Assembly: GCA_963700925.1 (NCBI GenBank)
Contig: OY969553.1
Span: forward strand, 3,417,631-3,481,630
Source of the DNA: an uncultured Actinomycetota bacterium
GTDB taxonomy: Bacteria > Actinomycetota > Actinomycetes > Actinomycetales > CAWJMD01
DNA length: 64,000 nt
Reading direction: 5' to 3'
Position numbers and translations under genes: made by a program. Shown piece by piece: positions 8,557-18,011 of the stretch (position 1 is the stretch's first letter; every line of letters starts with the position of its first letter). The notes below the pieces were generated by a model, which had not been told where the DNA came from, did not search any database, and saw only the letters and a list, made by a program, of their open reading frames with translations.

Positions 8557-9872
8557 TCGCCGTCCAGCAGCTGGCGTAGGGCGTCGTCGACGTCGGAGTC
8601 GGTACGCGAGCGCTCGACCCACGACTCCGCGTAGCCGAGTGGGTCGTCGAGGTCGGCGGTCGAGGGCATCAGGTCGGGGTGCTGCCAGACCTCGTCGCGC
8701 GCCGCGGTGCCGTGCTGCGCGGCCATCGCCCCCCACAGGGCCGACGCGTCGCGCAGGCGGCGTGGGCGCAGCTCGAGACCGACCAGGGTCGCCAGCGTGT
8801 GCTCGGCAGGCCCGCCGGTGGCCCGGCGGCGGCGCACCGCCTCCCGCAGGCGGGCAGCCTGCGGCAGCTGCTCGCGGGCGGCCGCGTCGGTGACCTCGTC
8901 GACCCAGCCCTCCACCAGTGCCAGCGTCGTCTCCAGGCGGGTCAGCGTGGCCTGCTGCGCCGGGGTCCGCTGGGGCTCGAACACACCGCCGGCGATCGCC
9001 TGCTGCAGGGCGGCCGGATCGGTCGGGTCGACGGTGCGGACGGCCTCCTCGAGCGCCCCTGTGTCGATCGTGATGCCGCGCGCGAACTCCTCGACGGCGC
9101 TGAGCACGTGCGAGCGCAGCCAGCCTGCGTGCGCGAAGAGGCGCGCATGGGCGTTCTCGCGGAGGGCCAGGTACAGCCTCACCTCATCGGCCGGCACGTC
9201 GAGGCCCTCACCGAACGCGGCCACGTTGGCGGGCAGCAGCGCCGTGACGCCCGGGTCGATCAGGGGCAGCCCGATGTCGAACGCGCTGACCACCTCACCC
9301 GCGAGGGCGCCGACGGCCTGCCCGACCTGCAGCCCGAAGACCGAGCCGGAGAGGCGCCGCATCATGCTGCCGGCCTCGTCCAGCATCGAGCGCATCTCCT
9401 CGGGCACCTGCTCGGCCATCGCGGCCGCGAGCGCCGTCGCGACCGAGTCGGCCACCGGCTCGGCCAGGCGCTGCCAGGTCGGCAGGGTTGCTTCGACCCA
9501 CTCGGCGCGCGACCAGGCGTGCTCGTCCGCCCCCACGCCTGGCACCGAGGTGACCGAGTCGAGCCAGAGGGCGGCGACCCTGAGCGCGTCGAGAGTCGAC
9601 CGCCGCGCACTGTCGCCCACGGTGGCGTCGCCGGAGGTGGACGCGACCTTGCGGGCGGTGTCGCTGGCGAGGGTCCAGTTCACCGGGCCGTCGCCGCCGG
9701 TCGCCATCATCTGCTGCACCTGGGCCATCGCCTGGCGGACGACCGCGGGGTCGAGGCTCCCGATGTCCAGCCCCATGCTCTGCAGCTGGTCCCTCTCCTC
9801 CGGGGTCAGGTCGCCGGCACCCAGGCGGCGCAGCAGCTCCGAGATCGGGTCGTCGCCGGGCTGCTCACTCAT
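8553..9872 (-). CDS. DUF2342-family protein (annotated in databases as zinc-dependent metalloprotease)
   Basis: Track ORF 8553..9998 trimmed to ATG 9872 (MSEQPGDDPISELLRRLG). Long conserved actinobacterial pattern: ...LYLALRENAHARLFAHAGWLRSHV...LRPRRLRDASALW... The neighbourhood with NUDIX, SDR, PDZ-Lon and UPF0182 is typical. Confidence 0.7.
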   Translation of the reverse strand: MSEQPGDDPISELLRRLGAGDLTPEERDQLQSMGLDIGSLDPAVVRQAMAQVQQMMATGGDGPVNWTLASDTARKVASTSGDATVGDSARRSTLDALRVAALWLDSVTSVPGVGADEHAWSRAEWVEATLPTWQRLAEPVADSVATALAAAMAEQVPEEMRSMLDEAGSMMRRLSGSVFGLQVGQAVGALAGEVVSAFDIGLPLIDPGVTALLPANVAAFGEGLDVPADEVRLYLALRENAHARLFAHAGWLRSHVLSAVEEFARGITIDTGALEEAVRTVDPTDPAALQQAIAGGVFEPQRTPAQQATLTRLETTLALVEGWVDEVTDAAAREQLPQAARLREAVRRRRATGGPAEHTLATLVGLELRPRRLRDASALWGAMAAQHGTAARDEVWQHPDLMPSTADLDDPLGYAESWVERSRTDSDVDDALRQLLDGE

Positions 9873-10030
9873 GGTTCCGTCCTCGTTGGGCTGGGGCTGG
9901 GGCTGGTGCTCGACTGGTGCAGGACTGAAGGACTCTGCTGGACTCGCTGTGGCGTTGGCCGTGCCACATCGCGTCCCGACCACCATCCTGGCAAGCATCC
10001 GTACAACCGGGTCAACCGAGTGGAGGTGCA

Positions 10031-11146
10031 GTGGGTTCCCACACCGGTGTTCGCCCTCGGCGCACCTCGCGGCGCAGCGGCCCGACGGTCGCCGTCACCG
10101 CAGCCGCCGGTCCCACCGGCATCGCCGTGGTGCGAGCCCTCCGCGACGACTCGGGCGTGCGGTCCGTCGTAGCTGTCGACACCCGCCGTGCAGCGGTGGA
10201 CGGCGTGACCTGGCGGATCGGCAACCCGTCCTCGCCGACGGTCGGGCAGCGCCTCGAGGGCGTCGACGTGGTCGTCCACCTCGCCTGCGCCGACAACCTC
10301 GGCCTGTCTTTGCTGCAGGACGGACGCATTCGACGCGCAGCCGCCATCCGCGGTGCCCAGGCGGTGCTGACGGCAGCCGCCGCGGTCGGGGCCAAGCAGG
10401 TCGTGGTCGTCACCTCGGCGATGGTCTTCGGGGCGCCGCCTGACAACCCGGTGCCCATCCCCGAGAACGCGCCCCTGCGTGCGGTTCCCGACGACGGGCT
10501 GGTCGGCGACCTGATCGAGATCGAGCAGGTCGCGGCGGCAGCCGTCCGCTCGCACCCCGGTCTGAAGGTGACCATGGTGAGGCCCGCCGCACTGGTCGGG
10601 CCGGGCGTCGACACCGTCATCACGCGACACTTCGAGGCGCCACGGCTGCTGACCCTGCGCGACGACCGGATGGCCTGGCAGTTCTGCCACGTCGACGACC
10701 TCGCGAGCGCAGTCGCCTTCTGCGTCACGGCGGGTCTGGCCGGTCCGGTGACGGTCGGGTCGCCCGGCGCGCTCAACCAGACCGCCGTCGAGGCCGTCAC
10801 CGGGATGCGACGCATCGAGCTACCCGGCGCCCTGGCCTTCTCGACCGCAGAGCGGCTGCACCGCGTCGGGGTGCTGCCCACCCCGGCGAGCGACCTGGCG
10901 TACGTCGTCTACCCGTGGGTGGTGGGGTCGGCACGGCTCCGCGACGCGGGCTGGGTGGCCGGCTACGACAACGAGACCTGCCTGGGCGTCGTGATGACCG
11001 AGGTGCGCGGACGGAGCGCCCTCGCGGCACGGCGCGTCGGCGGCAAGGACGCGGCCCTCGGGGCGGCCGGCGCTGCCGTCGCCGTCGTGGGCACGGCAGC
11101 GATCTGGCGGCAGGCCCGCGCCCGCAGACGGCGCAGCGGGCGCTGA
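10031..11146 (+). CDS. NAD-dependent epimerase/dehydratase (SDR) family protein with C-terminal membrane anchor
   Basis: Track ORF of 371 aa. The Rossmann N-terminus is VAVTAAAGPTGIAVVRAL. The C-terminal hydrophobic helix is AALGAAGAAVAVVGTAAIW followed by RQARARRRR. Confidence 0.7.
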   Translation: MGSHTGVRPRRTSRRSGPTVAVTAAAGPTGIAVVRALRDDSGVRSVVAVDTRRAAVDGVTWRIGNPSSPTVGQRLEGVDVVVHLACADNLGLSLLQDGRIRRAAAIRGAQAVLTAAAAVGAKQVVVVTSAMVFGAPPDNPVPIPENAPLRAVPDDGLVGDLIEIEQVAAAAVRSHPGLKVTMVRPAALVGPGVDTVITRHFEAPRLLTLRDDRMAWQFCHVDDLASAVAFCVTAGLAGPVTVGSPGALNQTAVEAVTGMRRIELPGALAFSTAERLHRVGVLPTPASDLAYVVYPWVVGSARLRDAGWVAGYDNETCLGVVMTEVRGRSALAARRVGGKDAALGAAGAAVAVVGTAAIWRQARARRRRSGR

Positions 11147-11261
11147 CCTCCCAGCCTCGGCCCGTAGGGTGTCCGCACACGGTCGGGGAACCGGTGACCG
11201 CACGGGTGCGTTGCGCACTCGACGGGGATGGCCCCGTCCACGACCCGCCAAGGAGAGCTCG

Positions 11262-12383
11262 GTGACGTACCAGGACCTGCAGAAGGTCGAGCCCCCGCTG
11301 GTCGCCGTGCCCTCGCCGACCGGCCGGATGGACTCGCGGACCTGGACAATGCTCCTCAGCGGCGTGGTCTCGATCCTGCTGTTCGCGCTCGCCACGATGC
11401 TGCCGCTCCCATACGCGCTCATGAAGCCCGGCCCGGTCCGCGACGTCCTGAGCGAGGTCGACGGCACGCCGCTGATCGCGATCAAGGGACGCGAGACGTT
11501 CCCGACCGCCGGCACGCTCGACCTGCTGACGGTGAGGGTCACCGGCGGCCCCGGGTCGACCACGACCGTGTGGGACGTGCTCGAGGGCTGGGTCGACCCG
11601 ACGGTCGCCGTCCGTCCGGTTGACGAGGTCTTCCCTCCCGACGTGAGCGAGGAGGACATCGAGGCCGAGAACGCCGCCGAGATGGTCACGTCGCAGGAGA
11701 CCGCCACCGCGGCCGCGCTCGGCGAGCTGAACGTCCCGGTGCCCACGGTGCTCACCGTCGCCGGCTTCGCGGAGGACGCCCCGGCCGACGGCCAGCTCGC
11801 CGTGGACGACGTGGTGCAGTCGCTGAACGGGGAGCCGGTGGTCGACCTCCCCGAGCTGCGCGAGGGTCTGCAGGACGCCGAGCCGGGCGACACCGTTCAG
11901 GTGGGCATCACCAGGGGCGACGACGAGCAGACCATCGACGTGACGACCCTTGACGACGGGGAAGGGCGCACGATCCTGGGCGTCTTCATCGACCCCACGT
12001 ACACGTTCCCGTTCGAGGTGACCATCGCGATCGAGGACATCGGCGGCCCCAGCGCCGGGATGATGTTCGCCCTCGGCATCGTCGACAAGCTCACAGAGGG
12101 CGAGATGACCGGCGGCGAGAACATCGCCGGCACCGGCACGATCGACTCGGACGGTGCCGTCGGCGCGATCGGCGGCATCCAGCAGAAGCTGTTCGGCGCT
12201 TCCGACGCCGGGGCCGACTGGTTCCTGGCGCCGGCCGACAACTGCTCCGAGGTCGCCGGTCACGTGCCCGACGGCCTGCGTGTCGTCGAGGTCGCGACCC
12301 TGTCCGATGCCCGCGACGCGGTCGAGGCGATCGGTGAGGGCGACCAGGCAGCGATCGACGCGCTGCCCACCTGCCGGGGTTAG
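11262..12383 (+). CDS. PDZ domain / Lon-protease-C (S16) domain membrane protein, YlbL-like
   Basis: Track ORF 11169..12383 trimmed to GTG 11262, which follows AAGGAGAG. It has an N-terminal TM helix, a PDZ region (VDDVVQSLNGEPV) and a Lon_C motif (IGGPSAGMMFALGI...GTGTIDSDGAVGAIGGI). Confidence 0.8.
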   Translation: MTYQDLQKVEPPLVAVPSPTGRMDSRTWTMLLSGVVSILLFALATMLPLPYALMKPGPVRDVLSEVDGTPLIAIKGRETFPTAGTLDLLTVRVTGGPGSTTTVWDVLEGWVDPTVAVRPVDEVFPPDVSEEDIEAENAAEMVTSQETATAAALGELNVPVPTVLTVAGFAEDAPADGQLAVDDVVQSLNGEPVVDLPELREGLQDAEPGDTVQVGITRGDDEQTIDVTTLDDGEGRTILGVFIDPTYTFPFEVTIAIEDIGGPSAGMMFALGIVDKLTEGEMTGGENIAGTGTIDSDGAVGAIGGIQQKLFGASDAGADWFLAPADNCSEVAGHVPDGLRVVEVATLSDARDAVEAIGEGDQAAIDALPTCRG

Positions 12384-12958
12384 GTGAGCGTGTCGGCCAG
12401 CGCGTGCACGAGCCCCGGGGCCAGGTCGGGGCCGGTACCGACCGCGAAGTCGTGGTCGTTGCTGCGCGTGCGCATGGCGCACGACGAGGTGCCGTCGCGC
12501 AGCACGCCGACGGCCAGGCGGACGTCCTGCCGGTCGGGGTGCGCCAGGAGCGCGCCGAGCGCCTGCTGGGGGTCGTCGGGCAGGTCGCGCTCGGCCTCAG
12601 GCGGCACGACGAACCGCTCCACCACCACCGCCGCGCCGTCGACCGCTTCGGGCCACGTGATCCTGCCGAGCACCTCCTCGACGCTGTCACCCTCGGGCAG
12701 CCCTTCCTGCTCGACGGACGTGATGTGCTGGGGGTCCGCGTCGGCGCTGGCTACGAGGTCCGCCGGCAGCTGGTCGCGCAGCGACTCGTCCCGGCCGATG
12801 GCCTCGGCCGTTCTGATCAGGGCGAACACGCGCAGCGGCCCGTCCCACCCACCACGAGCGACGTGCCGTTCCAGTTCGCGCACGGCGCGATCGAGGGGAC
12901 CGTCCGCGCGCGACGGTTCGACCGTTGCTGAGTCGTTATCGTTCGGCTCCGCCTGCAC
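12380..12958 (-). CDS. conserved actinobacterial protein (PPA1309-like)
   Basis: This is the only sensible part of the 1204-aa antisense track ORF 12380..15994. From GTG 12958 it reads VQAEPNDNDSATVEPSRADGPLDRAVRELERHVARGGWDGPLRVFALIRT...GLVHALADTLT. It is divergent from the UPF0182 gene. The family name is from memory. Confidence 0.55.
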   Translation of the reverse strand: MQAEPNDNDSATVEPSRADGPLDRAVRELERHVARGGWDGPLRVFALIRTAEAIGRDESLRDQLPADLVASADADPQHITSVEQEGLPEGDSVEEVLGRITWPEAVDGAAVVVERFVVPPEAERDLPDDPQQALGALLAHPDRQDVRLAVGVLRDGTSSCAMRTRSNDHDFAVGTGPDLAPGLVHALADTLT

Positions 12959-13024
12959 GCCGCGATCCTGGCACGCCGTGCGAGGCTGTTGTGCACAGCC
13001 TCCCAACCCGAAGGTGTCCCTCCC

Positions 13025-15958
13025 GTGAGCTTCACCCCCGCATCGCAGGTCCGCCGACCGAGCCCGGCCGGGCGGCGTCGATCCCCCCTGGTGACGACCT
13101 TGGTGGTGCTCGGTGCACTGGCACTGCTGCTCGGGCTGGTCGCGGAGCTGTGGACGGAGGTGCTGTGGTTCCGTCAGCTCGACGTGGCGCGAGTGTGGAC
13201 GACGCGGCTGCTGTGGCAGACGATCCTGTTCGTGGTCGGTGGCGGCCTGATGGCGGCCGGCGTCGCGACGAGCCTCCTGGTCGCCTACCGGTCCCGTCCG
13301 GTGTACGCGCCTGTCGACGCCGAGCAGCAGAGCCTCGACCGCTATCGCGAGAGCCTGGAGCCGCTGCGCCGCCTGGTGCTGTTCGTGCTTCCGGCCGGTC
13401 TCGGGCTGTTCGCGGGTTCGGCGGCGTCGCAGCAGTGGGAGACCGTGCTGTTGTACCTGAACGGTGGCGAGTTCGGCATCGAGGACCCGCAGTTCGGCCT
13501 CGACATCGGCTTCTTCGTCTTCACCCTGCCGTTCCTGCGCTTCCTCCTCGGATTCCTGACCGCTGTACTGGTGCTGGCGCTCCTGGCTGGGGCCGCCACC
13601 CACTACCTCTACGGCGGACTTCGCTTGCAGGGCAAGGGACCTCGGACGACTCCGACGGCACGCCGGCACATGGCGGGCCTGCTGGCGGCGCTCGTGCTGG
13701 TGCAGGCCGGCTCGTACTGGCTGGACCGGTACTCGCTGCTCACCGCCGACGGCCCCCTGATCGACGGCGCCGCGTACACGGGCATCAACGCGGTGCTGCC
13801 GGCCAAGACCATCCTGACGATCATCGCCGTGATCGTGGCAGTCCTCTACGCCTACACCGCGTTCCGCGGCAGCTGGCGCCTGGCTGTCACGGGGCTCGTG
13901 CTGATGGTGGTGTCGGCCGTCGCGATCGGCGGCATCTACCCCGCCCTCGTCCAGCAGTTGCAGGTGAAGCCGAGCCAGCTGACGAAGGAGGAGCCGTACC
14001 TCGAGCGCAACATCCAGGCCACGCGGGCTGCCTACGGGCTCGAGGATGTCGAGATCCAGTCGTACACACCGGAAGTGACCGGTACAGCAGGCGCGCTGAC
14101 CGACGACGCGCAGACCGCCGCCAGCATCCGGCTGCTCGACCCCGCCCTGGTCAGCCCGGCGTTTCGTCAGCTGCAGCGCAACAAGCAGTACTACAACTTC
14201 CCCGACCCCCTCGACGTCGGTCGCTACGACATCGAGGGGCAGAGCCGCGACAGCGTGATCGCCGTCCGTGAGCTCGACCTCGGCGGTCTCTCGGACGGCC
14301 AGCGCACGTGGGTCAACGACCACACGGTCTACACCCACGGCTTCGGCGTCGTCGCCGCCTACGGAAACCAGCGCAGCAAGGACGGTCAGCCCGCCTTCTT
14401 CCAGCAGGGCATCCCGTCGGTGGGCGAGCTGGGGGACTACGAGCCGCGCATCTACTTCGGCGAGCGGTCGCCCCAGTTCTCGATCGTCGGTGGACCCGAG
14501 GGCTCGGACGTGCGCGAGCTCGACTTCCCGACGGACGAGGACGGCGGCAACGGCCAGGCCAACACCACGTTCAACGGCGACGGCGGACCGAGAATGGGCG
14601 ACCCGTTGACGCGCCTGCTGTACGCGATCAAGTTCCGCGACCAGAACATCCTGCTGTCCGACAGCGTGAACAGCGAGTCTCAGATCCTCTACGACCGCAC
14701 GCCGCGTGAGCGACTGGAGAAGGTCGCGCCGTTCCTGACGTTCGACGGCGACCCGTACCCCGCCGTGGTTGACGGTCAGGTCCTCTGGATCGTCGACGCC
14801 TACACCACCACCGACGCCTACCCCTACTCTGACCGGCAGCCCCTGGGCGAGACGACGACCGACTCCCTGAGCTCGCAGTCGGAGGCCATGGCGGCGCGGG
14901 GCGACGTGAACTACATCCGCAACTCGGTCAAGGCCACGGTGAACGCGTACGACGGCAGCGTGAACCTGTACCAGTGGGACGCTGACGACCCGCTGCTGGA
15001 CGCGTGGATGTCCGCGTTCCCCGGTGTCGTGAAGCCGATCTCGGAGATCGACGGTGAGCTGATGGCCCACCTGCGCTACCCCGAGGACCTGTTCAAGGTG
15101 CAGCGCGAGGTGCTCGGGCGCTACCACGTCACCGACCCTGGGGCGTTCTTCACCGGCGGTGACTACTGGCAGACACCGGTCGACCCGACCAGCGCGGCAG
15201 CCGAGGCCAAGAACCAGCCGCCGTACTACCTGACGCTCCAGATGCCCGGACAGGACTCGGCGTCCTTCTCGCTCACCTCCACGTACATCCCGAGATCGAC
15301 GAGCGAGAACGTGTCGAACGTGTTGACCGGCTTCGTCGCAGTGGACGCGGACGCGGGCGCCGAGGCGGGCCGCAAGGCCGACGGTTACGGCACGCTGCGC
15401 CTGTTGTCGCTCCCACGCAACGACGCTGTCGCCGGACCGGGGCAGGTGCAGAACGAGTTCAACTCCAGCGAGGCGCAGGAACAGCTGAACATTCTGAGAC
15501 AAGGCAACTCGCGCGTCACCAACGGCAACCTGCTGACCCTTCCGATCGGCGGTGGGCTGCTCTACGTGCAGCCCGTCTACATCCAGTCGCAGGGGGAGAC
15601 GTCGTACCCGCTGCTGCAACGCGTACTGGTCGCGTTCGGTGAGGAGATCGGGTTCGCCACCACCCTCGACGAGGCACTCGACCAGGTGTTCGGGGGCGAC
15701 TCCGGCGCGACGACCGGTGACGCCGGTGCAGGCGAAGGCGACGAGGGCGACGGGACGGAGCCGCCGACCCTGGACGCGCAGCAGCGGCTCGCGCAGGCCC
15801 TCGAGGTGGCGCGGCAGGCGATCCTGGACGGCGAGGCCGCGCTGGCGGAGCAGGACTTCTCCGCCTACGGCGAGGCCCAGCAGCAACTGAAGGACGCCAT
15901 CGAGGATGCTGCAGCTGCCGAGGCCGAGATCAGCGGGGCGCCTGCGACGACGCCGTAG
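13025..15958 (+). CDS. UPF0182 family large membrane protein
   Basis: Track ORF 12989..15958 with start at GTG 13025. It has several N-terminal TM helices (LWFRQLDVARVWTTRLLWQ...), a long extracytoplasmic body and an acidic tail. It matches the Rv3193c-type family. Confidence 0.85.
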   Translation: MSFTPASQVRRPSPAGRRRSPLVTTLVVLGALALLLGLVAELWTEVLWFRQLDVARVWTTRLLWQTILFVVGGGLMAAGVATSLLVAYRSRPVYAPVDAEQQSLDRYRESLEPLRRLVLFVLPAGLGLFAGSAASQQWETVLLYLNGGEFGIEDPQFGLDIGFFVFTLPFLRFLLGFLTAVLVLALLAGAATHYLYGGLRLQGKGPRTTPTARRHMAGLLAALVLVQAGSYWLDRYSLLTADGPLIDGAAYTGINAVLPAKTILTIIAVIVAVLYAYTAFRGSWRLAVTGLVLMVVSAVAIGGIYPALVQQLQVKPSQLTKEEPYLERNIQATRAAYGLEDVEIQSYTPEVTGTAGALTDDAQTAASIRLLDPALVSPAFRQLQRNKQYYNFPDPLDVGRYDIEGQSRDSVIAVRELDLGGLSDGQRTWVNDHTVYTHGFGVVAAYGNQRSKDGQPAFFQQGIPSVGELGDYEPRIYFGERSPQFSIVGGPEGSDVRELDFPTDEDGGNGQANTTFNGDGGPRMGDPLTRLLYAIKFRDQNILLSDSVNSESQILYDRTPRERLEKVAPFLTFDGDPYPAVVDGQVLWIVDAYTTTDAYPYSDRQPLGETTTDSLSSQSEAMAARGDVNYIRNSVKATVNAYDGSVNLYQWDADDPLLDAWMSAFPGVVKPISEIDGELMAHLRYPEDLFKVQREVLGRYHVTDPGAFFTGGDYWQTPVDPTSAAAEAKNQPPYYLTLQMPGQDSASFSLTSTYIPRSTSENVSNVLTGFVAVDADAGAEAGRKADGYGTLRLLSLPRNDAVAGPGQVQNEFNSSEAQEQLNILRQGNSRVTNGNLLTLPIGGGLLYVQPVYIQSQGETSYPLLQRVLVAFGEEIGFATTLDEALDQVFGGDSGATTGDAGAGEGDEGDGTEPPTLDAQQRLAQALEVARQAILDGEAALAEQDFSAYGEAQQQLKDAIEDAAAAEAEISGAPATTP

Positions 15959-16012
15959 GGCTGCGTCAGGATTTGCCCTGCGCGACACCGCCACGTAACG
16001 TAGGCGGTGCGA

Positions 16013-16089
16013 CGCGGGGTGGAGCAGCTCGGTAGCTCGCTGGGCTCATAACCCAGAGGTCGCAGGTTCAAATCCTGCCCCCGCTACCA
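16013..16089 (+). tRNA. initiator tRNA-Met (anticodon CAU)
   Basis: Cloverleaf folded by eye. Acceptor is CGCGGGG/CCCCGCU with a C1:U72 mismatch. D arm is GAGC-AGCUCGGUA-GCUC. Anticodon arm is CUGGG-CUCAUAA-CCCAG, with three consecutive G:C pairs next to the loop (initiator hallmark). T arm is GCAGG-UUCAAAU-CCUGC, with encoded ACCA. Confidence 0.95.
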
Positions 16090-16091
16090 AA
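16053..16091. repeat. attL-type direct repeat (39 nt, 3' part of tRNA-fMet)
   Basis: CCAGAGGTCGCAGGTTCAAATCCTGCCCCCGCTACCAAA is identical to 24466..24504. Confidence 0.9.
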
Positions 16092-16101
16092 GAAAGTGCA
16101 C

Positions 16102-16139
16102 GTCAGAGGCCCCCAGGCGAAAGCCAGGGGGCCTCTGAC
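16102..16139. terminator. long GC hairpin (13-bp outer stem plus 3-bp inner stem, GAAA loop)
   Basis: GTCAGAGGCCCCC-AGGC-GAAA-GCCA-GGGGGCCTCTGAC. It lies directly after the tRNA, has no U-tract, and is a member of a three-copy hairpin family. Confidence 0.55.
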
Positions 16140-16170
16140 ATGGACGATGCGTGCAGGAAATGCGAGCGTC

Positions 16171-16186
16171 GGACGTCGGGTGAAGG
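16171..16186. repeat. 16-bp direct repeat flanking IS (left)
   Basis: GGACGTCGGGTGAAGG is identical to 17972..17987 and directly abuts the TGT... end of the IS. Confidence 0.8.
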
Positions 16187-17971
16187 TGTGCAGTTCCGGT
16201 TCATCCTTGACCATCGGGTTCCGGTAGGTGGGTTCCAGTTCGCGGACGCGGGTTCGGTTCCTGCGCGACAGGTGTTCGGTAGGTGGGTGACAGTCGTTCC
16301 GGTTCCTGGGTGACACTCCGGCCTGTTGCGGCCGGTCCCGGTGGCTCGTTTCGTTGGCCGACAGGTCTGCGAAAGGAGCCGGGATGTTGCGGGAGTTGCT
16401 GGTGGCTGAGCAGCGGTATCGGGCGGTGCTGGAGGTCCTGGACGGGGCCACCGTGACCGAGGTCGCCCGCCTGTATGGGGTGCAGCGTCAGACCGTTCAT
16501 GACTGGCTGCGCCGGTATGCCGCTGACGGCGGCGCGGTGAACTTGGAGGACCGGTCCTCGCGTCCGCATTCGTGTCCGCACCAGATGCCGGCGGTGGTCG
16601 AGGCGCGGATCCTGGCGTTGCGTGATGAGCATCCGTTGTGGGGTCCGGACCGGATCCGCTACCAGCTGGGGCGGGAGGCGGTCTGGCCGGTGCCTAGCCG
16701 GTCCGGGGTGTACCGGGCCCTGGTCCGGGGCGGCCGGATCGACCCGGCGAAGCGGCGCCGGAAGCGGGCCGACTACCGGCGCTGGGAGCGGGGCCGGCCG
16801 ATGGAGCTGTGGCAGATGGATGTGGTCGGTGGGATCCATCTGGGTGACGGGTCCGAGGTCAAGTGCGTGACCGGGATCGATGACAACTCCCGGTTCGTGG
16901 TCTCGGCGATGCTGGTGGCCCGGGCGAGGGCGCGGCCGGTCTGTGAGGCGCTGCTGGCGGCGTTGAAGCGTCATGGCATCCCGGAGCAGATCCTCACCGA
17001 TAACGGGAAGGTGTTCACCGGCCGGTTCGGGCCGGGCGGGTCGAGCAGTGAGGTGTTGTTCGACCGGATCTGCGCCGAGAACGGGATCAGGCACCTGCTG
17101 ACCGCGCCCCGGTCGCCGACCACGACCGGGAAGGTGGAGCGGCTGCATAAGACGATGCGGCTGGAGTTCTTCGGCGCCGCCGACGGCCAGTACCAGGGCC
17201 TGGCCGAGCTGCAGGCCGCGCTGGATCAGTGGGTGGCGCACTACAACACTGAGCGGCCGCACCAGTCGCTGGGGATGCGGCCCCCGATTGACCGGTTCGT
17301 GCTGGCCGGGCCCGGCACCGCGCAGGGTGACCTGGCCGTGGTCGACCCGGTGCCGGTGTTCGTACCCCGGCCTCGCCTGGACCTGCACCAGCCCGCGGGT
17401 CCGCGGCTGCCCGGGGTGCAGCGCTGGGTCGACCAGCGTGGTGTGGTCCGGTTGGCCGGGTTCTCCTACCGGGTCCCGATCGTGCTGGCCGGGGAACCGG
17501 TCGAGGCGGTGGTGTCCGAGAACCTGGTCCAGATCTTCCACCGCGAGGTGCTGGTCGCCAGCCACGCCCAGCGCCGAAAGCCCGGTCAGGACACCCCGGC
17601 TCGGCCGCGGCAGGGCACCCGGACCGCCCGGACCGCGACCACCGGACCGACCGTGACCAGGATCGCCGACCACACCGGCTGCGTCTCCTTCGCCGGCACG
17701 ATGTACCGGGCCGGGAACGCCTGGCGGGGCAAGGCGCTGCAGGTCTCGATCGTCGCCGGGTCGGTCCAGTTGGCCTGCGAGGGAGTGATTGTGCGGGTCC
17801 ACCCGATCCGGCACGACCCCGCCAAAGAGCACGGCGCATTCGCTACCCCGAACGGCCGACCCCGCAAACCACGGAAGGACCCGACGGCCGCAGCCGGTCA
17901 GTCATCACTCACCGGATGAGTGTCTGGCGGGAACCGGAACTGTTCCGTCACCCGGGTGCCGAACCTTGACA
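16187..17971 (+). mobile_element. IS481-family insertion sequence (1785 bp)
   Basis: Ends are 5'-TGTGCAGTTCCGGTTC...GCCGAACCTTGACA-3', i.e. TGT/ACA termini and imperfect IRs (about 10/16 matches). There are subterminal TTCCGGTTC-like repeats at both ends, a single DDE transposase gene, and flanking 16-bp direct repeats. Confidence 0.8.
16384..17919 (+). CDS. IS481-family transposase (HTH plus rve/DDE integrase core)
   Basis: Track ORF 16354..17919, with ATG 16384 following GAAAGGAG. It has an N-terminal HTH (TVTEVARLYGVQRQTVHDWLRRY) and an rve core: WQMDV..., ILTDNGKVFTG, and TAPRSPTTTGKVERLHKTMRLEF. Confidence 0.9.
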   Translation: MLRELLVAEQRYRAVLEVLDGATVTEVARLYGVQRQTVHDWLRRYAADGGAVNLEDRSSRPHSCPHQMPAVVEARILALRDEHPLWGPDRIRYQLGREAVWPVPSRSGVYRALVRGGRIDPAKRRRKRADYRRWERGRPMELWQMDVVGGIHLGDGSEVKCVTGIDDNSRFVVSAMLVARARARPVCEALLAALKRHGIPEQILTDNGKVFTGRFGPGGSSSEVLFDRICAENGIRHLLTAPRSPTTTGKVERLHKTMRLEFFGAADGQYQGLAELQAALDQWVAHYNTERPHQSLGMRPPIDRFVLAGPGTAQGDLAVVDPVPVFVPRPRLDLHQPAGPRLPGVQRWVDQRGVVRLAGFSYRVPIVLAGEPVEAVVSENLVQIFHREVLVASHAQRRKPGQDTPARPRQGTRTARTATTGPTVTRIADHTGCVSFAGTMYRAGNAWRGKALQVSIVAGSVQLACEGVIVRVHPIRHDPAKEHGAFATPNGRPRKPRKDPTAAAGQSSLTG

Positions 17972-17987
17972 GGACGTCGGGTGAAGG
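17972..17987. repeat. 16-bp direct repeat flanking IS (right)
   Basis: GGACGTCGGGTGAAGG lies immediately after the ...TTGACA end of the IS. Confidence 0.8.
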
Positions 17988-18011
17988 CTGACGAAACGTG
18001 CGGCTGGGCTA

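Noticed and set aside
9873-10030. GGCTGG x4 run and three GGACT pentamers (9922, 9930, 9940) in the divergent DUF2342/SDR spacer.
   Set aside because: The motifs are short and irregularly spaced (8 and 10 nt), and such patterns are easily produced by chance at this GC content. There is no supporting palindrome or second copy elsewhere.
12380-15994. 1204-aa minus-strand ORF, the longest in the track.
   Set aside because: Except for its last ~190 codons (kept as the PPA1309-like gene), it is Arg/Gly/Val/Asp-rich shadow of the UPF0182 gene on the plus strand. That plus-strand gene has clear TM helices and family-typical sequence.
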